Shown here: in pieces, positions 17,715 through 27,400 of the stretch | Layout: each line of letters begins with the position of its first letter | How positions within the stretch are numbered: the stretch's first letter is position 1 | Assembly: GCA_027493375.1 (NCBI GenBank) | Contig: JAPVWO010000247.1 | Coordinates: 1 to 62,899 of the forward strand | Reading direction: 5' to 3' | Source of the DNA: Candidatus Multivorans thiocomprendens | Lineage (GTDB): Bacteria > Acidobacteriota > Thermoanaerobaculia > Multivoradales > Multivoraceae | DNA length: 62,899 nucleotides | The notes under the pieces: model-generated | Database searches by the model: none | Told to the model about the DNA's origin: nothing | What the model saw: the letters and a program-made list of their open reading frames with translations, nothing else | Position numbers and translations under genes: made by a program

Positions 17715-18392
17715 GTGGCAGAGCCTTGCCCGATCGAGCGCGTGAAAGAGAGGCCCAGGACTCCGGATCTGATGGCGATCAGTGCCCGGCGACTCTGCGG
17801 TGGCGCCGGCGGACTGGGGTGTTGGGCCCGATCGCTCCCTTCCGGCACGACGATTCAGTTGCGGGAAAAGGACCTCGAACGGGACGAGCTGATCCGCCTC
17901 GGCCGCACTCTGCGAAGCGCGTTCGACGGCGTCCTGATCGTGAACGGCGACCTCGAAGTCGCACTGGCTTGCGATGCCGATGGCGTTCACCTGCCATCCG
18001 ACGCATCGTGGCGAGAGGTGGGGGCGTGCGTTCGCCAGCACGGTCTGCTGCTGGGAGTCTCCACGCACAGCCTGGAAGAACTCGAGACCGCGGCGGAAGC
18101 TGGCGCCCACTACGCCCTGTTCGGCCCCGTCTTCGACTCTCCGGAGAAGCGCCGTTTCGGCCCGGCCCAGGGCCTCGAGCGACTTCGAATGGCTGCGGGC
18201 GCCGACCTGCCGGTGCTCGCGGTCGGCGGTGTCGATGCCGGCAACGCGGCGGCGATCGCCCACGCCGGTGCGCACGGTGTGGCTGCAATCAGGGCCTTCG
18301 TCGACGCGCTCGCGGCCGTGGATCTCAAGACGGCGTGGATCGGAGCGGCTGGTACGATGCGGCGCCGTGAAGCCAGTGCCCCTGAAGGGTAG
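17715..18392 (+). CDS. thiE: Thiamine phosphate synthase/TenI family protein
   Basis: IQLREKDL, DADGVHL, GVSTHS, FGPVF, LAVGGV. Start uncertain; could be a TenI-like paralog. Confidence 0.75.
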   Translation: MAEPCPIERVKERPRTPDLMAISARRLCGGAGGLGCWARSLPSGTTIQLREKDLERDELIRLGRTLRSAFDGVLIVNGDLEVALACDADGVHLPSDASWREVGACVRQHGLLLGVSTHSLEELETAAEAGAHYALFGPVFDSPEKRRFGPAQGLERLRMAAGADLPVLAVGGVDAGNAAAIAHAGAHGVAAIRAFVDALAAVDLKTAWIGAAGTMRRREASAPEG

Positions 18393-18427
18393 CGATCCCA
18401 CGCCCCGACCGCTCACGCAGGCGACCC

Positions 18428-18958
18428 ATGCGCGCTAGATTCCTCGTCGTTTCCGCTTTGATCGTGGCGCTGGATCAGTGGACCAAGCTCTGGATCGAAC
18501 GCACCCTGGAGCCACACGGGCGACTGGAAGTCGTGCCGGGTTTCTTCGATCTGGTCCATGTCCAGAACACCGGCATCGCGTTCGGGCTGTTTCCGGCCGG
18601 GCGTGAGCTCGGCGGCACACTGGTGCTGACGGCTCTCGGATTCCTCGCGCTCGCCGTCGTTTCGGTCTACTTCCGGCGCACTTCCGAACGGGAACCGCTG
18701 CTGCTCCTTTCCCTCTCCCTGGTGCTCGGCGGCGCGGTCGGCAATTTGATCGACCGCATCCTGCTGCGAGCGGTTACCGACTTCCTGGACGTCTATGTCG
18801 GTGCGCATCACTGGCCGGCCTTCAACGTCGCCGACAGCGGCGTGACGGTCGGCATCGTGCTGATGCTGGTCCACAGCTTCGTTCCGTCGTTGGGAACCCG
18901 GGCTGGCGAGGCCACGGCGGGTCGGGGCGACCTGGTCGGCGCCGGCACGTCGAAGTGA
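18428..18958 (+). CDS. lspA: Lipoprotein signal peptidase II
   Basis: DQWTK, NTGIAFG, GGAVGNLIDR, VTDFL, FNVAD. Confidence 0.97.
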   Translation: MRARFLVVSALIVALDQWTKLWIERTLEPHGRLEVVPGFFDLVHVQNTGIAFGLFPAGRELGGTLVLTALGFLALAVVSVYFRRTSEREPLLLLSLSLVLGGAVGNLIDRILLRAVTDFLDVYVGAHHWPAFNVADSGVTVGIVLMLVHSFVPSLGTRAGEATAGRGDLVGAGTSK

Positions 18959-19950
18959 GCTCGATCGAGGCGCCGGCCTCGGCCGCGGGCGAGCGCATCG
19001 ACGTCTACCTTGCGCGGATCCTCGATCAGCCCCGCAATCGGGTACAGACGCTCCTCCGCCGCGGCCTCGTCACGGCTGGAGGCTCTCCGCTGAAGCCGTC
19101 CTACGTGCTGCGGGGGGGCGAGGAGATCGCCTACCGTCTACCGCCGCCCCCGTCGACTCGACCGCTCCCCGAGGCCGGACCCGTCGCGGTGATCCACGAG
19201 GACGAGAATCTGCTCGTCGTGGACAAGCCGGCGGGCCTGATCGTTCACCCCGGCAGCGGGGTGTCGGGAGGCACCCTGGTCAACAGGCTCCTCCACCACC
19301 GCCCCGGAATGGCCGGCGTCGGGTCCGTGGAACGGCCGGGCATCGTTCACCGCCTCGACGCGGGCACCAGCGGCGCCCTTGCCGTCGCGTGCAGCGATGC
19401 CGCGTATCGGCGGCTGAGCCGAGCCTTTGCCGAACGCGAAGTCGGCAAGGTCTATCTGGCCGTGGTCTACGGTCGGCCCGAGCCGTCGCAGGGAGAGGTC
19501 GCACTGCCGATCGGCCGCGACCCGGCGGTGCGCACGCGCATGGCGGTGGTGAGTGAGTCCAGGGGCGGCCGGCCGGCGGTCAGCCGCTACCGCCTGTTGG
19601 CCGGGGCAGCCGGCGTTTCCCTGCTGGAACTGGGAATCCTGACCGGCAGAACTCACCAGATCCGGGTTCACTGCAAGGCGATCGGACACCCTCTTGTCGG
19701 CGATCCGACCTACGGCGAGGCCCGCTGGAGGAACCTCGATCCATCCATGCGCCGGCCGTTGCGCGAGTTCCCCCGACCGGCTCTCCATGCACTGCGGCTC
19801 ACGCTGCCGGGTTTCGCCGGCGCACCCTCGCGCACCTTCACGGCCCAGGTGCCCGAGGACCTCCGGAGCCTGTGCAAGGCCTGTCGCCTGGATCGGGGGT
19901 TGCCGATCGACCGTCAGGAGTCGCCCGCGCCCCCGGCAGCGCTCGAGTAA
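18955..19950 (+). CDS. rluD: RluA/RluD family pseudouridine synthase with S4 domain
   Basis: N-terminal S4 (GERIDVYL), DKPAGLIVHP, HRLDAGTSG, TGRTHQIRVH; follows lspA. Confidence 0.88.
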   Translation: MSSIEAPASAAGERIDVYLARILDQPRNRVQTLLRRGLVTAGGSPLKPSYVLRGGEEIAYRLPPPPSTRPLPEAGPVAVIHEDENLLVVDKPAGLIVHPGSGVSGGTLVNRLLHHRPGMAGVGSVERPGIVHRLDAGTSGALAVACSDAAYRRLSRAFAEREVGKVYLAVVYGRPEPSQGEVALPIGRDPAVRTRMAVVSESRGGRPAVSRYRLLAGAAGVSLLELGILTGRTHQIRVHCKAIGHPLVGDPTYGEARWRNLDPSMRRPLREFPRPALHALRLTLPGFAGAPSRTFTAQVPEDLRSLCKACRLDRGLPIDRQESPAPPAALE

Positions 19951-20381
19951 CTCCGGCCTGGCGTCGCACCGATCGCCAGCGTGCCGCTCATCTCGATCCG
20001 GCCGTTGCAAATGCCCCCTTCGGCGATGGACACGAGAGGAGCGGTCAGATTTCCCTCGACCGAGCCCGAGGACAGCACTTCGATCTTCTCCGATGCCCGG
20101 ATATCCCCCTTCACGTGGCCCGAAACCTGAACGGACTGGGCAACCACGTCGGCCTCGATCCGTCCTCGCCGTCCGAGCACGAAACGTCCCTTGAGCTCCA
20201 CGTTCCCCGTCAGCGAGCCGTCGACCAGGACCTCGGCTTCGCCCGCGATGCTGCCGTCGATGTGCGAACCAGGCGCCACGTAGGTGCGCGCCGGCGCCGC
20301 CGAGGGTGACCTCACCTCGCCGGGAGGCGTCAGCGCGGCTTCCGCCGCCGTCTCTTCGAGATCCTTCTTGAAGAACGCCAT
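19914..20381 (-). CDS. Bactofilin (polymer-forming cytoskeletal protein)
   Basis: Beta-helix repeats IDGSI..VDGSLTGNV..GRIEADV..VSGHVKGDI..GSVEGNL..IAEGGICNGRIEM; ATG 20381. Confidence 0.9.
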   Translation of the reverse strand: MAFFKKDLEETAAEAALTPPGEVRSPSAAPARTYVAPGSHIDGSIAGEAEVLVDGSLTGNVELKGRFVLGRRGRIEADVVAQSVQVSGHVKGDIRASEKIEVLSSGSVEGNLTAPLVSIAEGGICNGRIEMSGTLAIGATPGRSYSSAAGGAGDS

Positions 20382-20448
20382 CTGCTCTTTGTACCCTTCC
20401 TGTCTCTTGGTTTCCTGTTGGGCCGGGTCACACCCCGGCTGAGGCATC

Positions 20449-20524
20449 TGGAGCGGGCAACGGGACTCGAACCCGCGACATCCAGCTTGGGAAGCTGGCA
20501 CTCTGCCAACTGAGTTATGCCCGC
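20449..20524 (-). tRNA. tRNA-Gly(CCC)
   Basis: GCGGGCATAACTCAGTTGGCAGAGT, anticodon arm CCAGC-TTCCCAA-GCTGG, GGTTCGAGTCC, ends TCCA. Confidence 0.96.
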
Positions 20525-20543
20525 AGGCACTCGGACGCCGTTC

Positions 20544-20572
20544 AAGGTAACCCAGCCCTCGCGGACGGTCAA
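20544..20572 (-). promoter_or_regulatory. Sigma70-type promoter of tRNA-Gly(CCC)
   Basis: TTGACC (20572-20567), 17 bp spacer, TACCTT (20549-20544). Confidence 0.65.
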
Positions 20573-20640
20573 GCACCCCGGCCGGGCCCAGCAAAAGACG
20601 CTATGATGCGCAACCGTTACGCCCCTAGTCCTCGCGCTTG

Positions 20641-20901
20641 ATGGCCCATAGTTCCCAGCCCCTCTACTTCTTCCCGGAGCGGGACGTGACCGTCGAGGAA
20701 CTCGAAGAGATGCTCCATGGCGGCAGCCGCGAGGATCGCTGCACCGCGATCTCCTGCATGCTGCGCTACGCGCAGTGGGAGGACATCTGGGACTACGTTT
20801 CCCGGGAGGATGTGCGGGAACTCTTCGACGACCTGGATCTGCCCGAGAGCCTGCGCGCCGCGTGGGCCCGCATGCTGAAGATCCAGTCGGTCGCCACCTG
20901 A
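20641..20901 (+). CDS. Small helical hypothetical protein (86 aa)
   Basis: Fills the gap between tRNA-Gly and a convergent gene; typical codon usage; TATGAT upstream near 20602. Confidence 0.75.
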   Translation: MAHSSQPLYFFPERDVTVEELEEMLHGGSREDRCTAISCMLRYAQWEDIWDYVSREDVRELFDDLDLPESLRAAWARMLKIQSVAT

Positions 20902-20932
20902 GCCGCGGCCCGGGCCGAGCGGGCGTCGGGCC

Positions 20933-21937
20933 CTATCGGCGATCGCCCATCACCAGACCGCCCAGACCGCCGAGTACAGAGCCCTCGCCCTTGCGAGTCC
21001 CGCCGGTCTGGGGTGCCGCGGCGTAGACCCGGCTCGCCAGCCGGCTGAACGGAAGCGACTGGATCCACACTTTTCCGGGTCCGGTCAGGGTGGCGAAGAA
21101 CAGTCCTTCGCCGCCGAACAGCGCGGTCTTGATCCCGGGCACCGTCTGGATGTCGTAGTCGACCTGGCGTTCGAAGGCGACCAGGCAGCCGGTGTCCAGC
21201 CGAAGCGTCTCGCCGGCGCCGAGATCGCGCTCGACCACCGTGCCGCCGGCGTGGACGAACGCGAGGCCGTCGCCTTCGAGCTTCTGCAGGATGAAGCCCT
21301 CGCCGCCGAACAGACCGGCCCCGAACTTCCGCTGAAACGCGATACCTACCGAGACGCCCTTGGCGGCACAGAGGAAGGCGTCCTTCTGGCAGAGGATCGT
21401 GTTGCCATGGGCCGGAAGGTCCAGGGGAATGATGCGCCCCGGATAAGGCGAGGCGAAGGCGACGTTCCGGCGGGCGCCGGCGCCGTTTCCGAACACCGTC
21501 ATGAACAGGGACTCCCCCGTCAGGACCCGCTTGCCGGCGGAAAGGAGCTTGTCCATGAAGCCTCCGCCGCCACGCTCCGAACCGTCACCGAAGATCGTGT
21601 TCATCTCGATGCCGGGATCCATGTACATGAAGGACCCCGCTTCCGCGATGCAGGCTTCGCCCGGGTCGAGCGTGATCTCGACGAACTGCATCTCCTCGCC
21701 GACGATCACGAAGTCGATCTCGTCGGCTACGCCGCCCGGCGGCCTGGGAATCGGCGTGCCGAAAGCGGCGGCGAACCGGGGTTCGCTGACGACCGGCGCC
21801 CAGTTGCCCATGCCGTCCCGGTAGACGTGAGCGCCGCGGGCGATGGAGCCGGAACGGATCCGCTCCTCAATCTCCTCCGCCCTGTATGGCCCTTCCTGCT
21901 TGCCGTCGATGGCGACGTACCAGATCTGATCGCTCAT
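20933..21937 (-). CDS. TIGR00266/AIM24 family protein with N-terminal GYF_2 (DUF4339)-like domain
   Basis: [13 protein letters not shown]...YRDGMGNW N-terminal domain; [32 protein letters not shown]. Confidence 0.9.
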   Translation of the reverse strand: MSDQIWYVAIDGKQEGPYRAEEIEERIRSGSIARGAHVYRDGMGNWAPVVSEPRFAAAFGTPIPRPPGGVADEIDFVIVGEEMQFVEITLDPGEACIAEAGSFMYMDPGIEMNTIFGDGSERGGGGFMDKLLSAGKRVLTGESLFMTVFGNGAGARRNVAFASPYPGRIIPLDLPAHGNTILCQKDAFLCAAKGVSVGIAFQRKFGAGLFGGEGFILQKLEGDGLAFVHAGGTVVERDLGAGETLRLDTGCLVAFERQVDYDIQTVPGIKTALFGGEGLFFATLTGPGKVWIQSLPFSRLASRVYAAAPQTGGTRKGEGSVLGGLGGLVMGDRR

Positions 21938-21970
21938 GCTCTGAAGTACTCCTGTTCCCCGCCCCGGGTT

Positions 21971-22813
21971 TCAATCCCCGGGCGGCGGATCGTAGCCCGG
22001 AATCCGCACCTCGAAGACCCAGGGCCAGTACTTCCCGGTCAGCAGGAAGGTCCCGGTGTCGGGCCGGTAGGCGATGCCGTTGAGGACGTCCGCCTCCTCC
22101 GCCTCCTCCGCCGTCAGCAGGCCAGACGCGTCCACGACCGCCACCACCGAGCCGGCTTCCACGTCGATGACGGCGATCTCGTCGCTGCCGAACAGGTTCG
22201 CGAAGAGCCGATCGTCGACCAGTTCGAGCTCGTTGACGTCATCCAGCGGCATGCCGTTTCTCGTGACACGCAGTCGCCGCCGCACCTCGAGGGTCTCGGG
22301 ATCGCGAAACGTGAGCACCGGCGTGCCGTCGCTCATGATCAGCTCCGACCCGTCGTAGGCGAGCCCCCAGCCTTCCCCGGTGAAGCGCATCCTGCCCAGT
22401 TCGGCGAACGGCTCGAGGGTCCAGACCAGGGCCATGCCTCGCCGCCAGGTCAACTGGATCAGCCGCTCCTCCGCGCCCGGGACGAGGGCGATGCCCTCGC
22501 CGAACAGGTCCCGGTCGAGATCGACCCGGTCCAGTTCCGAACCGTCATCCCAGCGCCACGAGCGCAGGCTCGAGGCCCCATAGGAGCCGGTGCTTTCGTA
22601 GATCACGCCGTCGCGCCACAGGAGGCCCTGCGTGTAGGCCGCGGTGTCGTGTGCGCGCCGGTCAAGGACTTCGATCAGCCAGCGTTCCGGTTCAGGCGGC
22701 CGCTGGCCGGCCCCATCGTTCCGCGATGAACCGCTCGATCCGGCCGGCGCGCACGCCGGCACAAGAAGCAGGGCGAGGCTCAACAGTCCGAGGGCCGGGA
22801 GAGTCTTGTGCAT
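21971..22813 (-). CDS. Glutaminyl-peptide cyclotransferase (bacterial type I QC), lipoprotein
   Basis: Lipobox VPA-C; YTQGL, ESTGSYG, FGEGI, EGWGL, NELE, VLNGIAY, TGKYWP. Confidence 0.93.
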   Translation of the reverse strand: MHKTLPALGLLSLALLLVPACAPAGSSGSSRNDGAGQRPPEPERWLIEVLDRRAHDTAAYTQGLLWRDGVIYESTGSYGASSLRSWRWDDGSELDRVDLDRDLFGEGIALVPGAEERLIQLTWRRGMALVWTLEPFAELGRMRFTGEGWGLAYDGSELIMSDGTPVLTFRDPETLEVRRRLRVTRNGMPLDDVNELELVDDRLFANLFGSDEIAVIDVEAGSVVAVVDASGLLTAEEAEEADVLNGIAYRPDTGTFLLTGKYWPWVFEVRIPGYDPPPGD

Positions 22814-22893
22814 GTGCCGACGGCCACGCTAGCAGCCCGTGGCGCCGGGCCGCCCTTGACGGTTCCGGCGGCGGTTGGAAGAGTGTCGCCGCC

Positions 22894-24483
22894 ATGACGT
22901 CTCCCGTCCTGCGAAGGGTCAGTCTTCTCGCCAGTGGCGCGCTCCTCGCCGCGGCCTGGTTCGCCTTTGCCCAGCCGGCGGCTGACCAGTCGTTGTCGAG
23001 TCCACGGGAGACGATGCGTGTTTTCCTGGAGGCCTTCGCGACCGAGGACGGCCGCCCGGATCTGGAGACCGCGGCCGGCTGCCTCGATCTGGCGGATCTG
23101 CCGTTCCCGGTGCGGGCGCGGCAGGGAAGGAACCTGGCCAGTGAACTGAAGCACGTGATCGACCGGCTCGAGTTCGTGGACCTCGCGGCCATTCCCGGCG
23201 ACGGCGACCTGGACAGGTGGGTGTTCAACGACGACCTGTCCGCACCGGTCGTGCTGGCGCCGGACGAGAACGGAAACTGGCTGTTCACGCGCGAGACGGT
23301 GGCGTCCATCCCGACTCTGTACCAGGAGCTGCGGGACCGGTCGGTAGTCGAAGGGGTCGAGGAAGCACCGGTAACAGCGGCGACCTGGCTCCGGGATCGT
23401 GTTCCGTCCTATCTGCGGACCGGAGGCTTCGTCCTCCACCCCTGGCAGTGGCTGGCGCTGCCGATCCTCGTTCTGCTCGGCCTGCTGATCGACCGGATCG
23501 TCGTCTGGATCGCGTACGGATTGTTCGCCGGACCGCTGAACAGGCGCTACGAATCCCTCGACCTCAGGGGTGCGCGTCGCGTCCTGCGCCCGACCGGACT
23601 GCTGGTCATGGCCGGAGTGTGGTGGCTGGGACTTCAGTGGCTGGGCTTGCCGCCCCGGGTCCATGCCTGGCTCGACGTGATCGTTCTCGTGCTGTTCCTG
23701 CTGGCGCTCGGCCGTGTGGCCTTCGCCCAGATCGACCTGCTCGGAACGGCGCTGCGAGCGCGGGCCGCCCGGGCCGAGAACCGGTTCCAGGACCAGTTGG
23801 TCCCGTTCGTCACGAAGACGCTGAAGGTGGCGGTCGCCGTCTTCGGCATCGTCTTCCTGCTCGCCCAGCAGGGCCGGGACGTGACGGCACTGCTCGCCGG
23901 CCTGGGATTGAGTGGTCTGGCGGTGGCCCTGGCGGCGCAGGATCTCCTCAAGAACCTGTTCGGTTCGGTCACCGTCCTGCTCGACCGCCCGTTTCGCATC
24001 GGCGACTGGGTCAAGGTCGGCGACGTCGAAGGCGTGGTCGAGGAGATCGGCTTTCGCAGCACCCGCGTCCGGACGTTCTACGCTTCCCTGATCACCCTCC
24101 CCAACGCCAGGTTGATCGACGCCTCGGTCGACAACTACGGTGCCCGGGCGTTCCGTCGCTGGAGCACCCGCATCAGCATCACGTACGACACGCCGCCGGA
24201 ATCCGTCGACGCCTTCTGCGAGGGGCTCCGGCAGATCGTCCGCGCCAACGAGTCGATGCGGCAGGACGCCTTCGAGATTCACCTGAACGAGTTCGGCACC
24301 GATGGCCTGGAGATCATGCTCTACGTCTTCTTCCTGGCCCCGGACTGGAGTACGGAGTTGCGGCTCCGCCACGACCTTGCTCTGGACATCCTGAGACTCG
24401 CCGACCGGCTCGGAGTGCGCATCGCCTTCCCCACGCGGACGATTCAGCTGGAGGCCCCGGCGGAGGACGATCCGTCCGACTGA
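22894..24483 (+). CDS. MscS family mechanosensitive channel with large periplasmic domain
   Basis: LSSPRETM periplasmic start; ALAAQDLLKNLFGS, DRPFRIGDW, VEEIGFRSTR, IAFPTRT. Confidence 0.92.
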   Translation: MTSPVLRRVSLLASGALLAAAWFAFAQPAADQSLSSPRETMRVFLEAFATEDGRPDLETAAGCLDLADLPFPVRARQGRNLASELKHVIDRLEFVDLAAIPGDGDLDRWVFNDDLSAPVVLAPDENGNWLFTRETVASIPTLYQELRDRSVVEGVEEAPVTAATWLRDRVPSYLRTGGFVLHPWQWLALPILVLLGLLIDRIVVWIAYGLFAGPLNRRYESLDLRGARRVLRPTGLLVMAGVWWLGLQWLGLPPRVHAWLDVIVLVLFLLALGRVAFAQIDLLGTALRARAARAENRFQDQLVPFVTKTLKVAVAVFGIVFLLAQQGRDVTALLAGLGLSGLAVALAAQDLLKNLFGSVTVLLDRPFRIGDWVKVGDVEGVVEEIGFRSTRVRTFYASLITLPNARLIDASVDNYGARAFRRWSTRISITYDTPPESVDAFCEGLRQIVRANESMRQDAFEIHLNEFGTDGLEIMLYVFFLAPDWSTELRLRHDLALDILRLADRLGVRIAFPTRTIQLEAPAEDDPSD

Positions 24484-27400
24484 CCGCCCGGAAGGACGAT
24501 GCGAACCGCGAGTCCACCCCCCGGCCTGGCGGCGGCGGCGATCGACCCGCCGTGCTCCTCGACGATGCGCCGGGCGATCGGAAGCCCCAGGCCGGTACCT
24601 CCGCCGGAGGTCGAGAAGTAGGGCTCGAAGATCCGTTCCAGGTCGCCGTCCGACACGCCGGGCCCTCGATCCGAGACGGTCAGGGCGACTGTGCCGTCCG
24701 GACCACAGGGCTCGACTCTCACGAGCACTTCTCCATCCCTGCTGCTGGCCCGGAGGGCATTCTCGATCAGGTTGCGCAGCGCCCTCTGCACCAGACGCCG
24801 ATCGAACGCGAGTACGGCAACCGCGGCTCCGGGCTCCGACTCGAAGCGGACCGCCACCGCCCCATGCGCCGTGCTTCCGTAGCCGTCGACGACCTCCCGC
24901 ACCGCTTCCGCCAGATCGTCCGGGGCCGGCCGGGCGAGCGGAATCCTGCTGTAGGTCGAGAACTCGCCCGCGGTCCGCGCAAGTTCTTCGACCTGCGCCA
25001 GGATGTTCCCGGTACAGCGATCGAAGACCTCCTCCAGGCGGTCCGGCGCATCCCGCCACACCTGTCGCAGGTGTTCGGTCGAGAGCCGGATCGGTGTCAG
25101 CGGGTTCTTCACTTCGTGCGCGATCAACCGCGCCATCTCCGCCCAGGCCTCGAGTCGCTGGGCGCGGACCAGCTCGGCTCGCGTCGATGCGATGCGAGCC
25201 GCCATGCCGTCGATCGCCTCGGCAAGCGTCCTGAGCTCCGTTTCCCGCGGTGCGAAGCCCAGCGAGGCGGCACCGCCGGCAATGCGGTCGGCGCCGTCCA
25301 TCATTCGCACCAGCGGACGCGTGAATCCCCGCGCGAGCCGCGCGCCGGCGGTGACCAGCAACAACACGAGGGCGGTCGTGACGACCAGGGCCTGCCGCCT
25401 GAGAGCGGCCAGTTCACCTGTGGCCGCCTCCTGTTGCGCCAACAGCGGCACGGATACGAACAGACCCGATTCTCCCGGGCGCACTTCTCCCAGCGACACC
25501 GGCGTGTACAGCTCCAGGTACGACGTGCCCTGCCGCGTGGTCTGCACCCGGGCTGCCGTCGGATGGCCAAGCAGCGCCAACCTGCCGTAGACGTTTCCCG
25601 GAATCCGTTCCGGCATGAGGCCGGCGGTGAAGAGGTCCGGCTTGCTGGACGCGTAGACACTGCCGCGCCAGTACAGGTTCACTTCGTGGCCCACGACTTC
25701 AGCCAGCCAGGACAGGAGCTCATCGTCCAACTGGGCGTCGATCGAGAACCCTGCCTCCAGACCGAGTAGAAAGTCCGTCAGGACGTACTCGAGCGACACG
25801 AGAGCGGTACGGCCCGCCGCCTCCTGCTCCGCCTGAACTCGCGCGGCCAGGTTCCGGACGAGCAGTCCGTTGAGCAGCGTCAACGGTACGATGGCGATCA
25901 GGGCCAGCACCGCGGTGAGCCGAACCGAGTAGCGGCGGATATCCGGTAGCAGGCGTCTCCGCAGCTTCGCCGTGGGCAGGCTGATCAGAAGTACGGCCAA
26001 GGCCACGACCGAGACCGCCAGCACCAGCCGCGTTGCCACCGTGGCGATCCGCCAAAGGCGCTCCGCCACTGCCTCCTCCGGAAGCAGTGCGACGATCCAG
26101 AGGCCCGGAACGTCCGTGGGGCTGAACCAGGCCAGGGCGGGTCCCGCGGGTGTCTCGACGTTCAGGATCCGGCGCGGATCCACGGCCTCGGAGGGCGGCG
26201 GCAGGAGCCAGTCTTCCTGCCACCGGGAGACCAGAGGACGGCCCGCGCCGTCGACGTAAGCGATTTCCGCGTTCGCCGACGGAGCCGGCCCGCTCGGACT
26301 TCGGTCCGGGCCGCCGCGGAGGAGACGCACCTGAAGCTCGGCGCCTGCTCCCGACGTGACGCGGCTCCAGACGTCGGCTTTCGGCAACGCCGCCGTCCAG
26401 AAGCGAACCGTAACCCGGTCCTGCCCCGCGGAGCCCACCGACAACTCGTCCGAGGCGCTTCGCTGCCGCTGCCAGATCGGGAGATCCCCTGATGGCCAGC
26501 GCGCGCTGGCGGCGTCGAGAGTCCCCGTCTCCGGATCGACCGGCAGACCGTAGGAAAAAGTCGAAACGCCGCTCTCCCGGATCACGGCGAGCGCGGAGAC
26601 CATTCCGGACGCCGCCAGGGGTGACCGGCTCCAGAGTTCCAGGGCCAGATCCTGGTGATCGTCGACTTCGCGTGGATCCCCCAGGGCCAGCATCCGCAGG
26701 TCGGTCCCCGCCAGGAAGGCGCTCGTTCTCCGCGCCAGTGCCGCGACTTCCCCTGGCTGCGGGGCATCGAGACCCTCCTGAACGCTCTCGGTGAGCAGTG
26801 CGCGCAGTGCCGGGCGGTGGGTAGCGTCAGCGAGCACGCCGACCCCCGCAGCCGCCGCGGCCGCGGTCATCAGAACATGCAGCCAGTCCCGGCCCTCCGA
26901 CCAGCCGAGCGCCCAGAACGACGCTGCCGCAAGGATCAGCCAGGCCGCCAGCAACACCACCCAGTCACCGATCGGACCTCGGAAGGAACTTCCCGGATCC
27001 GGTGGCGCTCCGGTAGCTTCGGCCACCCATATCCGCCACCGGAAGAGACCGTAGGCCGTTGCCGCCACGATTCCGGTCAAGCCGAGAGTCGCGGCCGCGG
27101 ATCGAGGCTTCGCGGGCGCGCGGGCGCTCCAGCGCCGGAACAGCCAGACCATCGACAGGCCGACCCCGAGAACGAAGGCGACCACGGCGAACGAGGTTCC
27201 GACGGACGAAGACTGCCCGGCCGCGGGCTCGAATCGGAGCCGGAGCCACGGTCCGGGAACGCCATCGGGCGGGCCCAGCTCGCGAATGCCGAGTGCCTCG
27301 AGAGCGGGCGTCAGGGGTTCCGCGGAATGATCCCGAACCGACCACCTGACGTCGTGGCGCCTGAGTCCGAAGGGCGTGGGAAACGGTAGCGAGTCGGTCG

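Noticed and set aside
20382-20594. N-terminal extension of the bactofilin ORF
   Set aside because: It spans tRNA-Gly(CCC) and its promoter.
23217-25769. Many long overlapping or antisense ORFs (e.g. 23217-25769, 10066-12342, 37528-39501, 54907-57312)
   Set aside because: Shadow ORFs expected in high-GC DNA; each overlaps a motif-supported gene and has no recognisable motifs.
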